This document shows, piece by piece, positions 8,786-17,667 of a stretch of DNA of 64,000 bases (its first letter is position 1; each line of letters opens with the position of its first letter). The notes under the pieces were generated by a model. The model did no database searches. It worked only from the letters and a program-made list of their open reading frames with translations, and was not told the DNA's origin. The stretch lies in contig CP129489.1 in NCBI GenBank assembly GCA_030584065.1, forward strand, positions 130,797 through 194,796, written 5' to 3'. Position numbers and translations under genes: made by a program. The stretch is from Flavobacteriales bacterium. GTDB taxonomy: Bacteria > Bacteroidota > Bacteroidia > Flavobacteriales_F > PHOS-HE28.

Positions 8786-9702
8786 GCGGGGTGCATCAGC
8801 TGAAGCTCGTCACGCTCACGCTCGCGGCGGGGTGCGGTCTCGCCTTTGCGCCGGATTCCTTCCCCGCCATGCTGGCACGGGCTTTCCTGCCGTGGTGGGC
8901 GGTGCTCTTCCTTGGGCTTGCGGCGTTGGCCATGGCGCGCGGTCGATGGTGGTGGAGCGCATCCGGCTTCATCGCAGCGGCGCTGGTGGCTGCACCGTTG
9001 CGTGTGCCTGTCCCGGATCCGGTGGGCAAGGATGGCGGCTCGGGCCTTCGGGTGGCCACGATGAACCTGTGGCAGGTGAACGGCCGGCGCTCGGATGCGG
9101 TGCGTTCGGCCGTTGCGACGGACGCTGATGTCATCGCCTTCCAGGAGGTGAACGCGATCTGGGCCGCTGCGCTGGAGGAGGGGCTGGCGGTGCGCTACCC
9201 GTACCGCAGGGCCGTACCCCGCGAGGACTGCTATGGCATCGCGCTGTTCAGCAGGTTTCCGATCGGCGCCATCCGCGTGGCGGAGGTGGAAGGGACACCC
9301 TTCATCCTTGCCGATGCGGAGACCGACGGCGGAACGGTGCGCATCTGCGCGGCGCATGCCGCCTCGCCCACCAGCCTTATGGATTTTCGCCGGCGGAACG
9401 CGCAGCTGAGGTGGCTGGCCCGGGAGATGGGCGCCAGCGACCATCCCATGCTCGTGATCGGTGATCTGAATACCGTGCACTGGGACGATGCCTACCGAAG
9501 GCTGTGCAGGGCCTCCGGTGGGCGACCCGCCAGCACGCCGCTGGATATCACCTGGCCGTCGTTTGGTCCGCTGGCCCTGATCCCCATCGACCACGTGCTG
9601 CTTCGGGGCCCCGTCGAACCGGCAGCGCTGAGCACCTTCGAGGTGGCCGGCAGCGATCACCGGGGCATCGTCGCCGATATCATACTGACCCATGAGAGCT
9701 GA
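8782..9702 (+). CDS. Membrane-anchored endonuclease/exonuclease/phosphatase (EEP) family protein
   Basis: ATGA overlap with the upstream gene; N-terminal TM helices, then EEP motifs ATMNLW, AFQEV, GDLN, SDHRGI. Confidence 0.85.
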   Translation: MSGVHQLKLVTLTLAAGCGLAFAPDSFPAMLARAFLPWWAVLFLGLAALAMARGRWWWSASGFIAAALVAAPLRVPVPDPVGKDGGSGLRVATMNLWQVNGRRSDAVRSAVATDADVIAFQEVNAIWAAALEEGLAVRYPYRRAVPREDCYGIALFSRFPIGAIRVAEVEGTPFILADAETDGGTVRICAAHAASPTSLMDFRRRNAQLRWLAREMGASDHPMLVIGDLNTVHWDDAYRRLCRASGGRPASTPLDITWPSFGPLALIPIDHVLLRGPVEPAALSTFEVAGSDHRGIVADIILTHES

Positions 9703-10402
9703 CATCCGCCGCGCGTTCGCCTGGATGAGCGCCTTCTTCATCGCGATGGCCTATTTGGAGAGCGCCGTCGTGGTTTACCTGCGCGCGCTGCACTACCCGC
9801 AGGGCTTCGCCTTCCCCTTGGTCCCCATGGCCCCTCCGCTGATCGCCACCGAGGTGTGGCGCGAGGCGGCCACCCTGCTCATGCTGCTGGCGCCGGCTGC
9901 GCTGATCGCACGGTCAGCGCTGGAGCGCTTCGCCTGGTTCTGCTACGGTTTCGGCCTCTGGGACCTCTTCTACTACGCATGGCTGAAGGTCCTGCTGGAT
10001 TGGCCATCGAGCCTGTCGACCCCCGACCTGCTCTTCCTGATACCGGTGCCCTGGGTGGGGCCGGTGTGGGCTCCCTGTGTCATCTCCTTGGGCCTGATCC
10101 TGCTGGCGCTGGTGATCCTCAGGGGACGCTCAAGGGCGGCGGACTACCGCATCGATGGGCGTTCCTGGGCGCTTCTGATAGCGGGCGCGGTGCTGATGGT
10201 GATCTCCTTCACAATCGATCCGCTGATGCGCACGGATGGCGTGGACGCCTTGACGAGCGCATCCTCCATCGGGGCGGATGGTGCGCGTGCGCTGCTCGAT
10301 GACGGGACATACATACCCGGTCCCTATCCCTGGCCATGGCTGGCTGGCGGGCTAGTCCTTGCGATGGCCGGACTCTATCGCAGCGGACGCCCTTGGCGCT
10401 GA
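9692..10402 (+). CDS. Membrane protein, unknown function
   Basis: Start overlaps the EEP gene by 11 nt; about 6 TM segments. Confidence 0.65.
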   Translation: MRADIRRAFAWMSAFFIAMAYLESAVVVYLRALHYPQGFAFPLVPMAPPLIATEVWREAATLLMLLAPAALIARSALERFAWFCYGFGLWDLFYYAWLKVLLDWPSSLSTPDLLFLIPVPWVGPVWAPCVISLGLILLALVILRGRSRAADYRIDGRSWALLIAGAVLMVISFTIDPLMRTDGVDALTSASSIGADGARALLDDGTYIPGPYPWPWLAGGLVLAMAGLYRSGRPWR

Positions 10403-10468
10403 GCGGCACTGTTCGTAATTCTGAAACCCGCAGGGACGCAACCCCGTTTCAGGCTTGCGTCTCTATCC

Positions 10469-10792
10469 ATGGATAACAAAGAGAGAATGGTAGCAGAAGC
10501 GCGCCTCTTCATCCGGCTGGGCGTCCTGTCCACGCTGGGCTTCATCTTCTACTATGCCCACCTATTCTTCGGGCTGATGGATAATGTGGTGCTCTTCAAG
10601 ACTCTGGCCATCACCTTCCTGCTGGCGACGATCCCCCTGCCCATCATCGCCATGAACAACAAGAAGCTCTTCCCGGAGCTCTCCCGTGGCGGCAAGCAGA
10701 TCCTCACGCTGGTGACGGCGATGCTGCTGTTCCATCACTTCCTCATGACGTTCATCTTCGTCATGTTCCTGCGGGGCGAAGCCGTGATGTGA
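10469..10792 (+). CDS. Small 3-TM membrane protein
   Basis: 107 aa, hydrophobic; codon usage more A/T-rich than neighbours by eye; no recognised family. Confidence 0.5.
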   Translation: MDNKERMVAEARLFIRLGVLSTLGFIFYYAHLFFGLMDNVVLFKTLAITFLLATIPLPIIAMNNKKLFPELSRGGKQILTLVTAMLLFHHFLMTFIFVMFLRGEAVM

Positions 10793-10810
10793 AGCGGGGA
10801 GGGGGCGCGG

Positions 10811-10818
10811 TAGCTTTG
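10811..10818 (+). promoter_or_regulatory. -7 promoter box TAGCTTTG (Bacteroidota sigma-A consensus TAnnTTTG)
   Basis: Perfect consensus match ending 4 nt before the ATG at 10823. Similar boxes: TTACTTTC 4242-4249, TTACTTTG 5744-5751, CATCTTTG 17656-17663, and CATCTTTG on the minus strand at 13561-13568. Confidence 0.45.
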
Positions 10819-10822
10819 CGGC

Positions 10823-11545
10823 ATGTGCCTGATCGCGCTGGCATACAAGGTCCATGCGCGCTTTCCCCTGATCGTGGCGGCCAACCGGGATGAGTTCCTT
10901 TCCCGAGAGGCTGATCCCGCGCACTTCTGGCCCGATCTTCCCCTGGTGCTCGCCGGCCGTGATCGGCGGGCGCTCGGCACTTGGATGGGAATCACCCTGT
11001 CCGGGCGGTTCGCTGCCCTGACGAACCACCGGGACCTCCGGAGGCCGCCGATTGCGGGCCCCTCGCGCGGCCTGCTGGTGCGCGATGCGCTCCTGGCGGA
11101 GCCTGAAGCGGATCCGGTGGCGAGGGAGGGCTATAACCTGTTGCACGGGCCGATCGAGGCCCTGCGGTACCGGTCGAACATCACCGGCGAGGACCGCGTG
11201 CTGCAGCCCGGGATCCATGGGCTCAGCAACGCGCTGCTGAATACACCCTGGCCGAAGGTGGTGCGTGCCAAGCAGTCCATGGAGCGCATGGTCCTTTCCG
11301 ACAGGCCTGACCCCGAGGCCATGTTCAGGCTTCTTCAGGATGCACGGCCCGCAGCGGACCATCAGCTCCCCGAAACCGGCCTCGGCATTGATCGTGAACG
11401 GGCCCTCAGCTCCATACGTATCGACCTGCCGGGCTACGGCACCCGCTGTTCCACGGTGATGCTGGTGTCCGTCACGGGACTGGTCCGCTTCGAGGAGCGC
11501 ACGCTGAAGGATGGCGGCAGGGTGCTGCAGGAGTTCCAGTTGTGA
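10823..11545 (+). CDS. NRDE-family protein (TANGO2 homologue)
   Basis: N-terminal MCLIALA and the eponymous AANRDEF motif. Confidence 0.85.
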   Translation: MCLIALAYKVHARFPLIVAANRDEFLSREADPAHFWPDLPLVLAGRDRRALGTWMGITLSGRFAALTNHRDLRRPPIAGPSRGLLVRDALLAEPEADPVAREGYNLLHGPIEALRYRSNITGEDRVLQPGIHGLSNALLNTPWPKVVRAKQSMERMVLSDRPDPEAMFRLLQDARPAADHQLPETGLGIDRERALSSIRIDLPGYGTRCSTVMLVSVTGLVRFEERTLKDGGRVLQEFQL

Positions 11546-11690
11546 TGACCATGCAACATTCGGCACGGGATCGGCGTTACACAGTCAGGTCCGGTAAGGG
11601 ACCGAAGGAATAGCCGGTCACAAGGAGCGAGGCCCATCGGCGTTAGAAGCTCCCTTCCAAGCCCGTAAGCAGGGAGACCGGAATCGTACA

Positions 11691-11716
11691 GGAACCCGCC
11701 CCGTAAGGCGGGTTCC
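11691..11716. terminator. Bidirectional hairpin between convergent genes
   Basis: GGAACCCGCC / GGCGGGTTCC perfect 10-bp stem, 6-nt loop; weak T-tract (GCCGTTTC). Confidence 0.55.
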
Positions 11717-11722
11717 GCCGTT

Positions 11723-12997
11723 TCACCGCACCACCTTCCAAGCGCGTCCACCGGCACGCACGAGCAGGAGGCCCTGTGCATTGCAGGGCAGGCGGAGCTC
11801 ACTCGAAGGCGTGCTGGCCGCGGCGACAGTCCGGCCCATGGCATCGAGCACCTCCACTGCACCAACGGGTCGGCCTTCAGGATTGCGGACCAGGATCTCC
11901 CCATCCAGTTCGATGACCGTCCAGTGGCGGAGGGGGGCATCCGGCATCCCCGTGCCGCCTTCCACGCAGGGAGCATAGAAGCTGAACAGCATGATCACGG
12001 GCGGCCCCCAACTCACGGTTTGCGAGGGTCCTGCAACGCCGCCCTGACCCGCAACGCCATAGACCAGGTTGCCTCCGGGTAGGGGCGGCCCCAAGGGCGT
12101 GACCGACAAGCCGTACTGCCCGGGGGATAGGCACTGAGCGACCTCCGTGTATTGGTTGTTGAGGTCCAGCGTGAACGTGCCAGTGGCGATGGGCGCGGAG
12201 ATCGAGGCGTCCGTCAAGGTCCATGCGAAGTCGCCGGTGACCAGCATGCCCCCGAAGTTGCCCAAGGTGAGCGTGATGGACGCACAGGGAGGCGGAAGGC
12301 AGAGTGGGACATCCTCCAGGTTCCAACTGCACGCCAGGTTGGTGGTGAACTCCGTCCAGAGCTCCAAGGTGCCATTCAAAATGGGCTCGTCGAAGGAGAC
12401 TCCATCCTGCAGCCTCAGCACGTGCCAGCTCTCACCGGACAGGCCGAAGGCGCTCACGGTTTCCTTCGCCAGGGTATCGCCCGTAGTGCCCAGGAGGATG
12501 AAGTTCGGGTAATCGAAGAGCGTTGTGGAATTGTTCACCACGTTCACGACCAGGGCAGTGTCCGAGAAGGGCGCCCAATGGACGGAAAGGACATCCAGTT
12601 GGTCGCAGGGGCTGCCACTTTCCGCCACAGTGAAGGCGTGCTGCTGTGCAGGCGCAGAATCCAGGATGCCGGAGGAGCCGGACGTGAATTCGATGCTGTA
12701 GGTGCCGGCGGGCAGCTGCCCCAGGCTGATCGCCTCCGTATGCGGCACCAGGACGGTGAGCCCTCCGGTGCTGGCAGCCACCAGGGTGATCGAGATGAGT
12801 GAGGCCGTTACGCTGGCCTGGGCGAACACGATGTAGGAGCCCGTGCTGCTCAGGTTCCCGATGAGCTGCAGCTCCACCTCATCCGCCGTGGTCGCCGGGT
12901 CGGGTGCCACCGCGATCTGGTCGATGTAGAAGTAGGTCTGCCCTTGGGCGAGTCCGATGAGCAGGGCTGCGACGGCGGATAGTACTGAGCGCTTCAT
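11723..12997 (-). CDS. Secreted protein with T9SS type-A C-terminal sorting domain
   Basis: Start at MKRSVLSAVAALLIGLAQG (signal peptide; ORF extends to 13027); beta-rich body; CTD-like tail ...AVEVLDAMGRTV...LLLVRAGGRAWKVVR. Confidence 0.75.
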   Translation of the reverse strand: MKRSVLSAVAALLIGLAQGQTYFYIDQIAVAPDPATTADEVELQLIGNLSSTGSYIVFAQASVTASLISITLVAASTGGLTVLVPHTEAISLGQLPAGTYSIEFTSGSSGILDSAPAQQHAFTVAESGSPCDQLDVLSVHWAPFSDTALVVNVVNNSTTLFDYPNFILLGTTGDTLAKETVSAFGLSGESWHVLRLQDGVSFDEPILNGTLELWTEFTTNLACSWNLEDVPLCLPPPCASITLTLGNFGGMLVTGDFAWTLTDASISAPIATGTFTLDLNNQYTEVAQCLSPGQYGLSVTPLGPPLPGGNLVYGVAGQGGVAGPSQTVSWGPPVIMLFSFYAPCVEGGTGMPDAPLRHWTVIELDGEILVRNPEGRPVGAVEVLDAMGRTVAAASTPSSELRLPCNAQGLLLVRAGGRAWKVVR

Positions 12998-13050
12998 CTG
13001 TGAAGGGGTTATACCCATGACGCGCATCGGGCATCGCGCGCTGCCCGGGC

Positions 13051-13542
13051 TCAGCTTTTCATGTTCTCGAACTGCAGCGGGATCTCGAAGTCCTGCTGCC
13101 GGCAGAGGGACATTACGGCCTGCAGGTCATCGATCTTCTTGCCCGTCACGCGGACCATGTCATCCATGATCTGCGGCTGCACCTTGAGCCCGCTGTCCTT
13201 GATGGCCTTGGTGATCTTCTTGGCGGTCTCGCGCTCGATGCCCTGCTTCACCTTGATGATGCGGTAGAGCGTCTTGCCGCTCGGCACGGGCTCTTCCTTC
13301 AGGTCATAGCTGCGCACGTCCACCTTCTGCTTGCCGCTGCGCTCCAGCAGGATGTCGACGATGGCATCGAGCTTCATATGGTCTTCGGTGCTCACCTTGA
13401 TGGTGAGCGCCTTCTTGTCGAGTTCCACCGTGCTGCTGGTGCCGCGCAGGTCGTACCGGGTGTCGATCTCGCGCTTCACCACGTTCACGGCGTTGTCGAG
13501 CATCTGGATGTCCACCTTGCTGAGGATGTCGAAGCTGGGCAT
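13051..13542 (-). CDS. yajQ: YajQ-family (DUF520) nucleotide / cyclic-di-GMP-binding protein
   Basis: Start MPSFDILSKVD..., 163 aa, full-length resemblance to YajQ; the 27 upstream codons are non-protein-like. Confidence 0.9.
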   Translation of the reverse strand: MPSFDILSKVDIQMLDNAVNVVKREIDTRYDLRGTSSTVELDKKALTIKVSTEDHMKLDAIVDILLERSGKQKVDVRSYDLKEEPVPSGKTLYRIIKVKQGIERETAKKITKAIKDSGLKVQPQIMDDMVRVTGKKIDDLQAVMSLCRQQDFEIPLQFENMKS

Positions 13543-13642
13543 GGTCGGGGATTGTGCGCTCAAAGATGGGGCAGGGGGCGGAAGCAGGAACGGCCGCCCC
13601 GATCGGGCGGCCGTTCCATGCATGCCGGTGGCTTCTGGTCGC

Positions 13643-15361
13643 CTACTTGTTCACCTGCACGCGGAATTCGCTCATACGGCCGCCTTCCGTGTCGAGGCGG
13701 AAGAGGTAGGTGCCGCTGGCGAGGCCGGCCATATCCAGCGTGAGCACGCTGTCGCCGCCGACATTCGCGGTGCGCTCCAGCACCCGGGCGCCCTTGGCAT
13801 CGAAGGCACGCACGCTCACCATTCCGGTGACACCCTTCAGCGGGATGCGGAGCCAGTTGGCCGTGGGGTTGGGATAGGGCGTCACCTCCAGGGGCTTGGC
13901 GGCCTCATCCATGCCGATGGTGCTCGCCTCCACGGCGTGGATGGCGTGCGAGGGCGCGCCGGCCAGGCCGGTGAAGCCATTGTACCAGGTGGCGGCATCG
14001 CGGATCATCGATACAGGCTCGTTGGTGATCTCCGACACACGGTCGTAGTTCAGGCTGCTGTTCCACCCGTGCCAGACGATGCCGCTGTAGGAGTCCAGGC
14101 AGAGCAGGTAGCGCACGTTGTCCTGCAGGGTCACCACATCGGAGAAGGGCACATAGATGGGCGTGTTGCGCAGGTCGCTGGTGAAGGTGTAGGTGCCGGC
14201 GGCGAGCGACAGGATGTCGGCGTTGGTGGGCAGCGTGATGGGGCTGGTCACCGTGCCGGTCCACTCGTACAGGGTTCCGTCCACGATCTCGTCGGTGAGC
14301 ACCTGGTCGGCTGCCGCGGAAGCCGTGAACCAGAAGCCGGCAGCGGCCAGACGCGAGCCGTTCGGGTCGCTGAAGTGGATGCAGGAACGCCAGCCGTCGA
14401 CGTTGTTGGCGGGCACGACATGCGTATTGCTCACGATGTCGAGCGTCGCAGGGTTGATGGGCGCGTAGGTGAACTTGTCACCGGCGGTGCCGAGCGTGAG
14501 CGCGAGGCTGTTGTTCTGCGGGAAGTCATCGGCCACATCGCCCTCCAGGGAGTAAGTGATGGTGTAGGAACCGCTGTAGCTGGCCTGGCTGAAGTCCGGC
14601 AGGGTCACGTAGAGCGAGTCGCCGCTGTTGATCGTGGCGCCGGGGGAGACCTGGTTGTAGACCTCCGTGCCGCCAGGCTCCTGGGTGATCACGCAGCGCA
14701 CGCGTGCGCCATCCATGGGCTGGGCGCCGTAGTTGTGGATGTTGGCGCCGAGGCTCACGAAGTACTCGCTGGCGCTGCTGTGGATCACCGGGTGGATGGC
14801 CCCGGTGCGCGGCACCAGGATGTCATCCCCGTCGAAGCCCAGGTTGTACTGGTAGTAGTTCTGCTGGCTGCCGATGAAGACCTCCAGGTCATTGCAGGTG
14901 AGGATGGCATCGCGCAGCTGCGCGCCCGCCTCTTGGCTGATCATCACCACCGGGATGGTGACATCGGCACCCACGGCTCCTGCGCCCATGGCCACAGGCG
15001 CCCCGGGCTGGTTGTTGATGATCATCACCGCGATGGCACCGGCCGTCTGGGCATTCAGACTCTTGGCGCCGAACTCGCAGGCGCCGCGGTAGATCACCGC
15101 GATCTTGCCGTTGATGTCCGTGCCATTGACCAAGGCATTGCAGCCCAAGGAGTCGGCCTCCGTGCCATCATCCACAAAGCAGGCGGTGCCCACGATGTTG
15201 TTCATCGGGTCGTTGAGGTCCGGGGTCTGACCCCATTGCGCCCAAGTGAATTCCAGCGGGCCTTCCAAGGAGGCCGGCTGCTGCACGTAAACGGTCACCT
15301 GGGCATGCAGGGCGAGTCCTGCCACGCAGGCGGCGATGGAGGGGAGTAAGCGTTTCATCAT
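13643..15361 (-). CDS. Secreted PA (protease-associated) domain protein with T9SS CTD
   Basis: Signal peptide MMKRLLPSIAACVAGLALHA; PA-like block GKIAVIYRGACEFGAKSLNAQTAGAIAVMIINN; CTD VTPYPNPTANWLRIPL...GTYLFRLDTEGG. Confidence 0.85.
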   Translation of the reverse strand: MMKRLLPSIAACVAGLALHAQVTVYVQQPASLEGPLEFTWAQWGQTPDLNDPMNNIVGTACFVDDGTEADSLGCNALVNGTDINGKIAVIYRGACEFGAKSLNAQTAGAIAVMIINNQPGAPVAMGAGAVGADVTIPVVMISQEAGAQLRDAILTCNDLEVFIGSQQNYYQYNLGFDGDDILVPRTGAIHPVIHSSASEYFVSLGANIHNYGAQPMDGARVRCVITQEPGGTEVYNQVSPGATINSGDSLYVTLPDFSQASYSGSYTITYSLEGDVADDFPQNNSLALTLGTAGDKFTYAPINPATLDIVSNTHVVPANNVDGWRSCIHFSDPNGSRLAAAGFWFTASAAADQVLTDEIVDGTLYEWTGTVTSPITLPTNADILSLAAGTYTFTSDLRNTPIYVPFSDVVTLQDNVRYLLCLDSYSGIVWHGWNSSLNYDRVSEITNEPVSMIRDAATWYNGFTGLAGAPSHAIHAVEASTIGMDEAAKPLEVTPYPNPTANWLRIPLKGVTGMVSVRAFDAKGARVLERTANVGGDSVLTLDMAGLASGTYLFRLDTEGGRMSEFRVQVNK

Positions 15362-15530
15362 TCGGTTATGGGGTTAGCGGATTCTGGTAGCTCCGGGTCG
15401 GATAGCGCACCGGTACGGCAAGGTTAGTAACGTCCGCGTAAAATCCAACCGGTCGTCACGTACAGAGCACGGCTGCCATGGGATTCCTTTATGGAGGGGA
15501 TTATGACCGCATTCCGCATCTTCGGCTGGG

Positions 15531-16649
15531 ATGAGCCTCCGGATCGAGCCCGTTCGCACAGCCGCTGACCTGCGCCGCTACCTGCGGGTTCCGCTGGCCG
15601 TGAATGACCGCCCCAACTGCGTGCCGGCGCTCCGGAGCGATGAGGCGGCCTTCCATGACGAAGCCCGCAACCCGTCGCTGTCCGCCTGCCGCGCCGTGCG
15701 CTTTCTGGCCTGGGAGGGCGACCGCCCGGTTGGGCGCGTGATGGGAATCATCCGCCCGGACTACAATGATCGGGAGGGTGTCCGTGAAGGCCGCTTCTAC
15801 CAGCTGGATTGCCGGCGGGACCCCGATGCGGTGCGCTTGCTGCTGCGGGCCGTGGAGGGCTGGGCCGCCGCCGAGGGCATGACCCACGTCCTGGGACCTT
15901 TCGGGCTGAGCGACAAGGACCCCCAAGGCCTTCAGGTGGAGGGCTTCGAGCACCTGCCGGTGCTCGCAACGGCGTCCAATCCGGCCTGGCTGCCTCCCTT
16001 GGTGGAGGGCAACGGGTACGCCAAGCACCTGGATGCGGTGTCCTACCGGCTTGATATCCCCGCAGCCTTGCCTGAAGCGTATCGGCGCATCGCGGACCGG
16101 GTGCTGGCACAGGGGCGCTACCGCCTGGTGCGCTTCGAGCGGCGCAGCCAGATCAAGCCCTTCATCCTTCCTGTGCTCCGGCTGGTGAATGCGGCATACG
16201 AGGGGCTGCTTGGCTTCATGCCCATGACGGAGGCCGAGATGCGGAAGCTGGCGGCGCAGTACATGCCGGTGCTCGATCCGGCCTTCGTGCACGTGGTGGT
16301 GGATGAGCAGGGCGATCCCGCAGCCTTCGTCGTGGCCATGCCCGACTTCAGCGAGGGCATCCGGCGCAGCGGTGGGCGGCTCTTCCCGTTCGGGTGGTGG
16401 CATATGCTCAGGGCCATGCGCACCTCCCGGCAGCTCGACCTCTTCCTCGGCGCCGTGCGCCCCGAACTGCAAGGCCGCGGCCTTACCAGCGTCCTGGCCA
16501 TCGCACTCATGGAAGAGGCGCGGAAGCGGGGCCTCCGCTGGATCGACAGCCACCTGGTGCTGGAGACGAACCACCGGATGCGCGGCGAGCTGGAGCGGCT
16601 CGGCGCCACCGTCTGGAAGCGCTACCGCATCTACCGCAAGGCGCTATGA
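15531..16649 (+). CDS. GNAT-like N-acetyltransferase (about 370-aa two-lobe type)
   Basis: C-terminal acetyl-CoA-site-like VRPELQGRGLTSVLAIALMEEARKRG; protein-like composition, unlike the antisense ORF. Confidence 0.7.
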   Translation: MSLRIEPVRTAADLRRYLRVPLAVNDRPNCVPALRSDEAAFHDEARNPSLSACRAVRFLAWEGDRPVGRVMGIIRPDYNDREGVREGRFYQLDCRRDPDAVRLLLRAVEGWAAAEGMTHVLGPFGLSDKDPQGLQVEGFEHLPVLATASNPAWLPPLVEGNGYAKHLDAVSYRLDIPAALPEAYRRIADRVLAQGRYRLVRFERRSQIKPFILPVLRLVNAAYEGLLGFMPMTEAEMRKLAAQYMPVLDPAFVHVVVDEQGDPAAFVVAMPDFSEGIRRSGGRLFPFGWWHMLRAMRTSRQLDLFLGAVRPELQGRGLTSVLAIALMEEARKRGLRWIDSHLVLETNHRMRGELERLGATVWKRYRIYRKAL

Positions 16650-16688
16650 GCCAGCGGCCACGTGCGGGCCGTGGCGTAACCTTGCGCC

Positions 16689-17645
16689 GTGGACATCTCC
16701 ATCGTCGTTCCGCTGCTGAATGAGCGCGAGTCGCTGCCCGTGCTGATCGAGCGGCTGCATCAGGTGCTGCGGTCCATGGGGGTCGCCTATGAGGTGGTCC
16801 TGGTCGATGACGGCAGCACGGATGGGTCCTGGTCGGAGATCGTGAAGGCCTCTGCGGCCGATGGGCGCGTGAAGGGCATCCGCTTCGGCCGCAACTTCGG
16901 CAAGAGCCCGGCCCTGAACGAAGGGTTCATCGCGGCGCAGGGCGATGTGGTGATTACCATGGATGCCGACCTCCAGGACGACCCGGATGAGGTGCCCGAA
17001 CTCTACCGCATGGTGCGGCAGGAGGGCTTCGACCTGGTGAGCGGGTGGAAGAAGAAGCGCTACGATCCGCTGACGAAGACCCTGCCCACCAAGCTCTTCA
17101 ACTGGACCACCCGGCGGGTGAGCGGGGTGATGCTCCACGATTTCAACTGCGGGCTGAAGGCCTACCGGAAGGAGGTCGTCAAGAGCATCGAGGTCTACGG
17201 CGAGATGCATCGCTACATTCCCTTCATCGCCAAGAAGGAGGGGTTCCGGCGCATCGGAGAGAAGGTGGTGAAGCACCATCCCCGGCGCTTCGGCCGGACC
17301 AAGTTCGGCTTCGACCGCTTCATCAACGGGTTCCTCGATCTGCTCACGATCACCTTCGTGTTCCGCTTCGGCCGCAAGCCCATGCACTTCTTCGGGTCGG
17401 TGGGCACCTTCATGTTCGTGGTGGGCTTCCTGAGCGCGGCCTGGGTGGTGGGAGAGAAGCTCTGGCACCTTTACGTGCTCAAGCAGCTGGCGCCCCGGGT
17501 ATCCGATCAAGGGCTCTTCTATGTGGCCCTCACGGCCATGGTCATCGGCGTTCAGCTCTTCACCATGGGCTTCGTGGCGGAGCTGGTTCACCGTTACAGC
17601 CCCGAGCGCAACCAGTACCGCGTGTCTGAGCGCGTGGGCCTATAG
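16689..17645 (+). CDS. GT2 polyprenyl-phosphate glycosyltransferase (GtrB/ArnC/DPM1-like)
   Basis: GTG start; VVPLLNE, DDGSTD, DADLQDD (DxD); two C-terminal TM helices typical of GtrB. Confidence 0.9.
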   Translation: MDISIVVPLLNERESLPVLIERLHQVLRSMGVAYEVVLVDDGSTDGSWSEIVKASAADGRVKGIRFGRNFGKSPALNEGFIAAQGDVVITMDADLQDDPDEVPELYRMVRQEGFDLVSGWKKKRYDPLTKTLPTKLFNWTTRRVSGVMLHDFNCGLKAYRKEVVKSIEVYGEMHRYIPFIAKKEGFRRIGEKVVKHHPRRFGRTKFGFDRFINGFLDLLTITFVFRFGRKPMHFFGSVGTFMFVVGFLSAAWVVGEKLWHLYVLKQLAPRVSDQGLFYVALTAMVIGVQLFTMGFVAELVHRYSPERNQYRVSERVGL

Positions 17646-17667
17646 ACGGCATCCGCATCTTTGAGGG

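Noticed and set aside
11584-11615. SRP (4.5S) RNA-like motif: GTCAGGTCCGG ... AAGGAATAGCC resembles the conserved domain IV sequence GUCAGGUCCGGAAGGAAGCAGCC
   Set aside because: A 10-nt insertion splits the tetraloop region. The symmetric-loop nucleotides are altered, and I could not pair flanking sequence into helix 8/5. It is probably a chance match plus an ordinary GGTCC/GGACC hairpin. A cmsearch with RF00169 would settle it.
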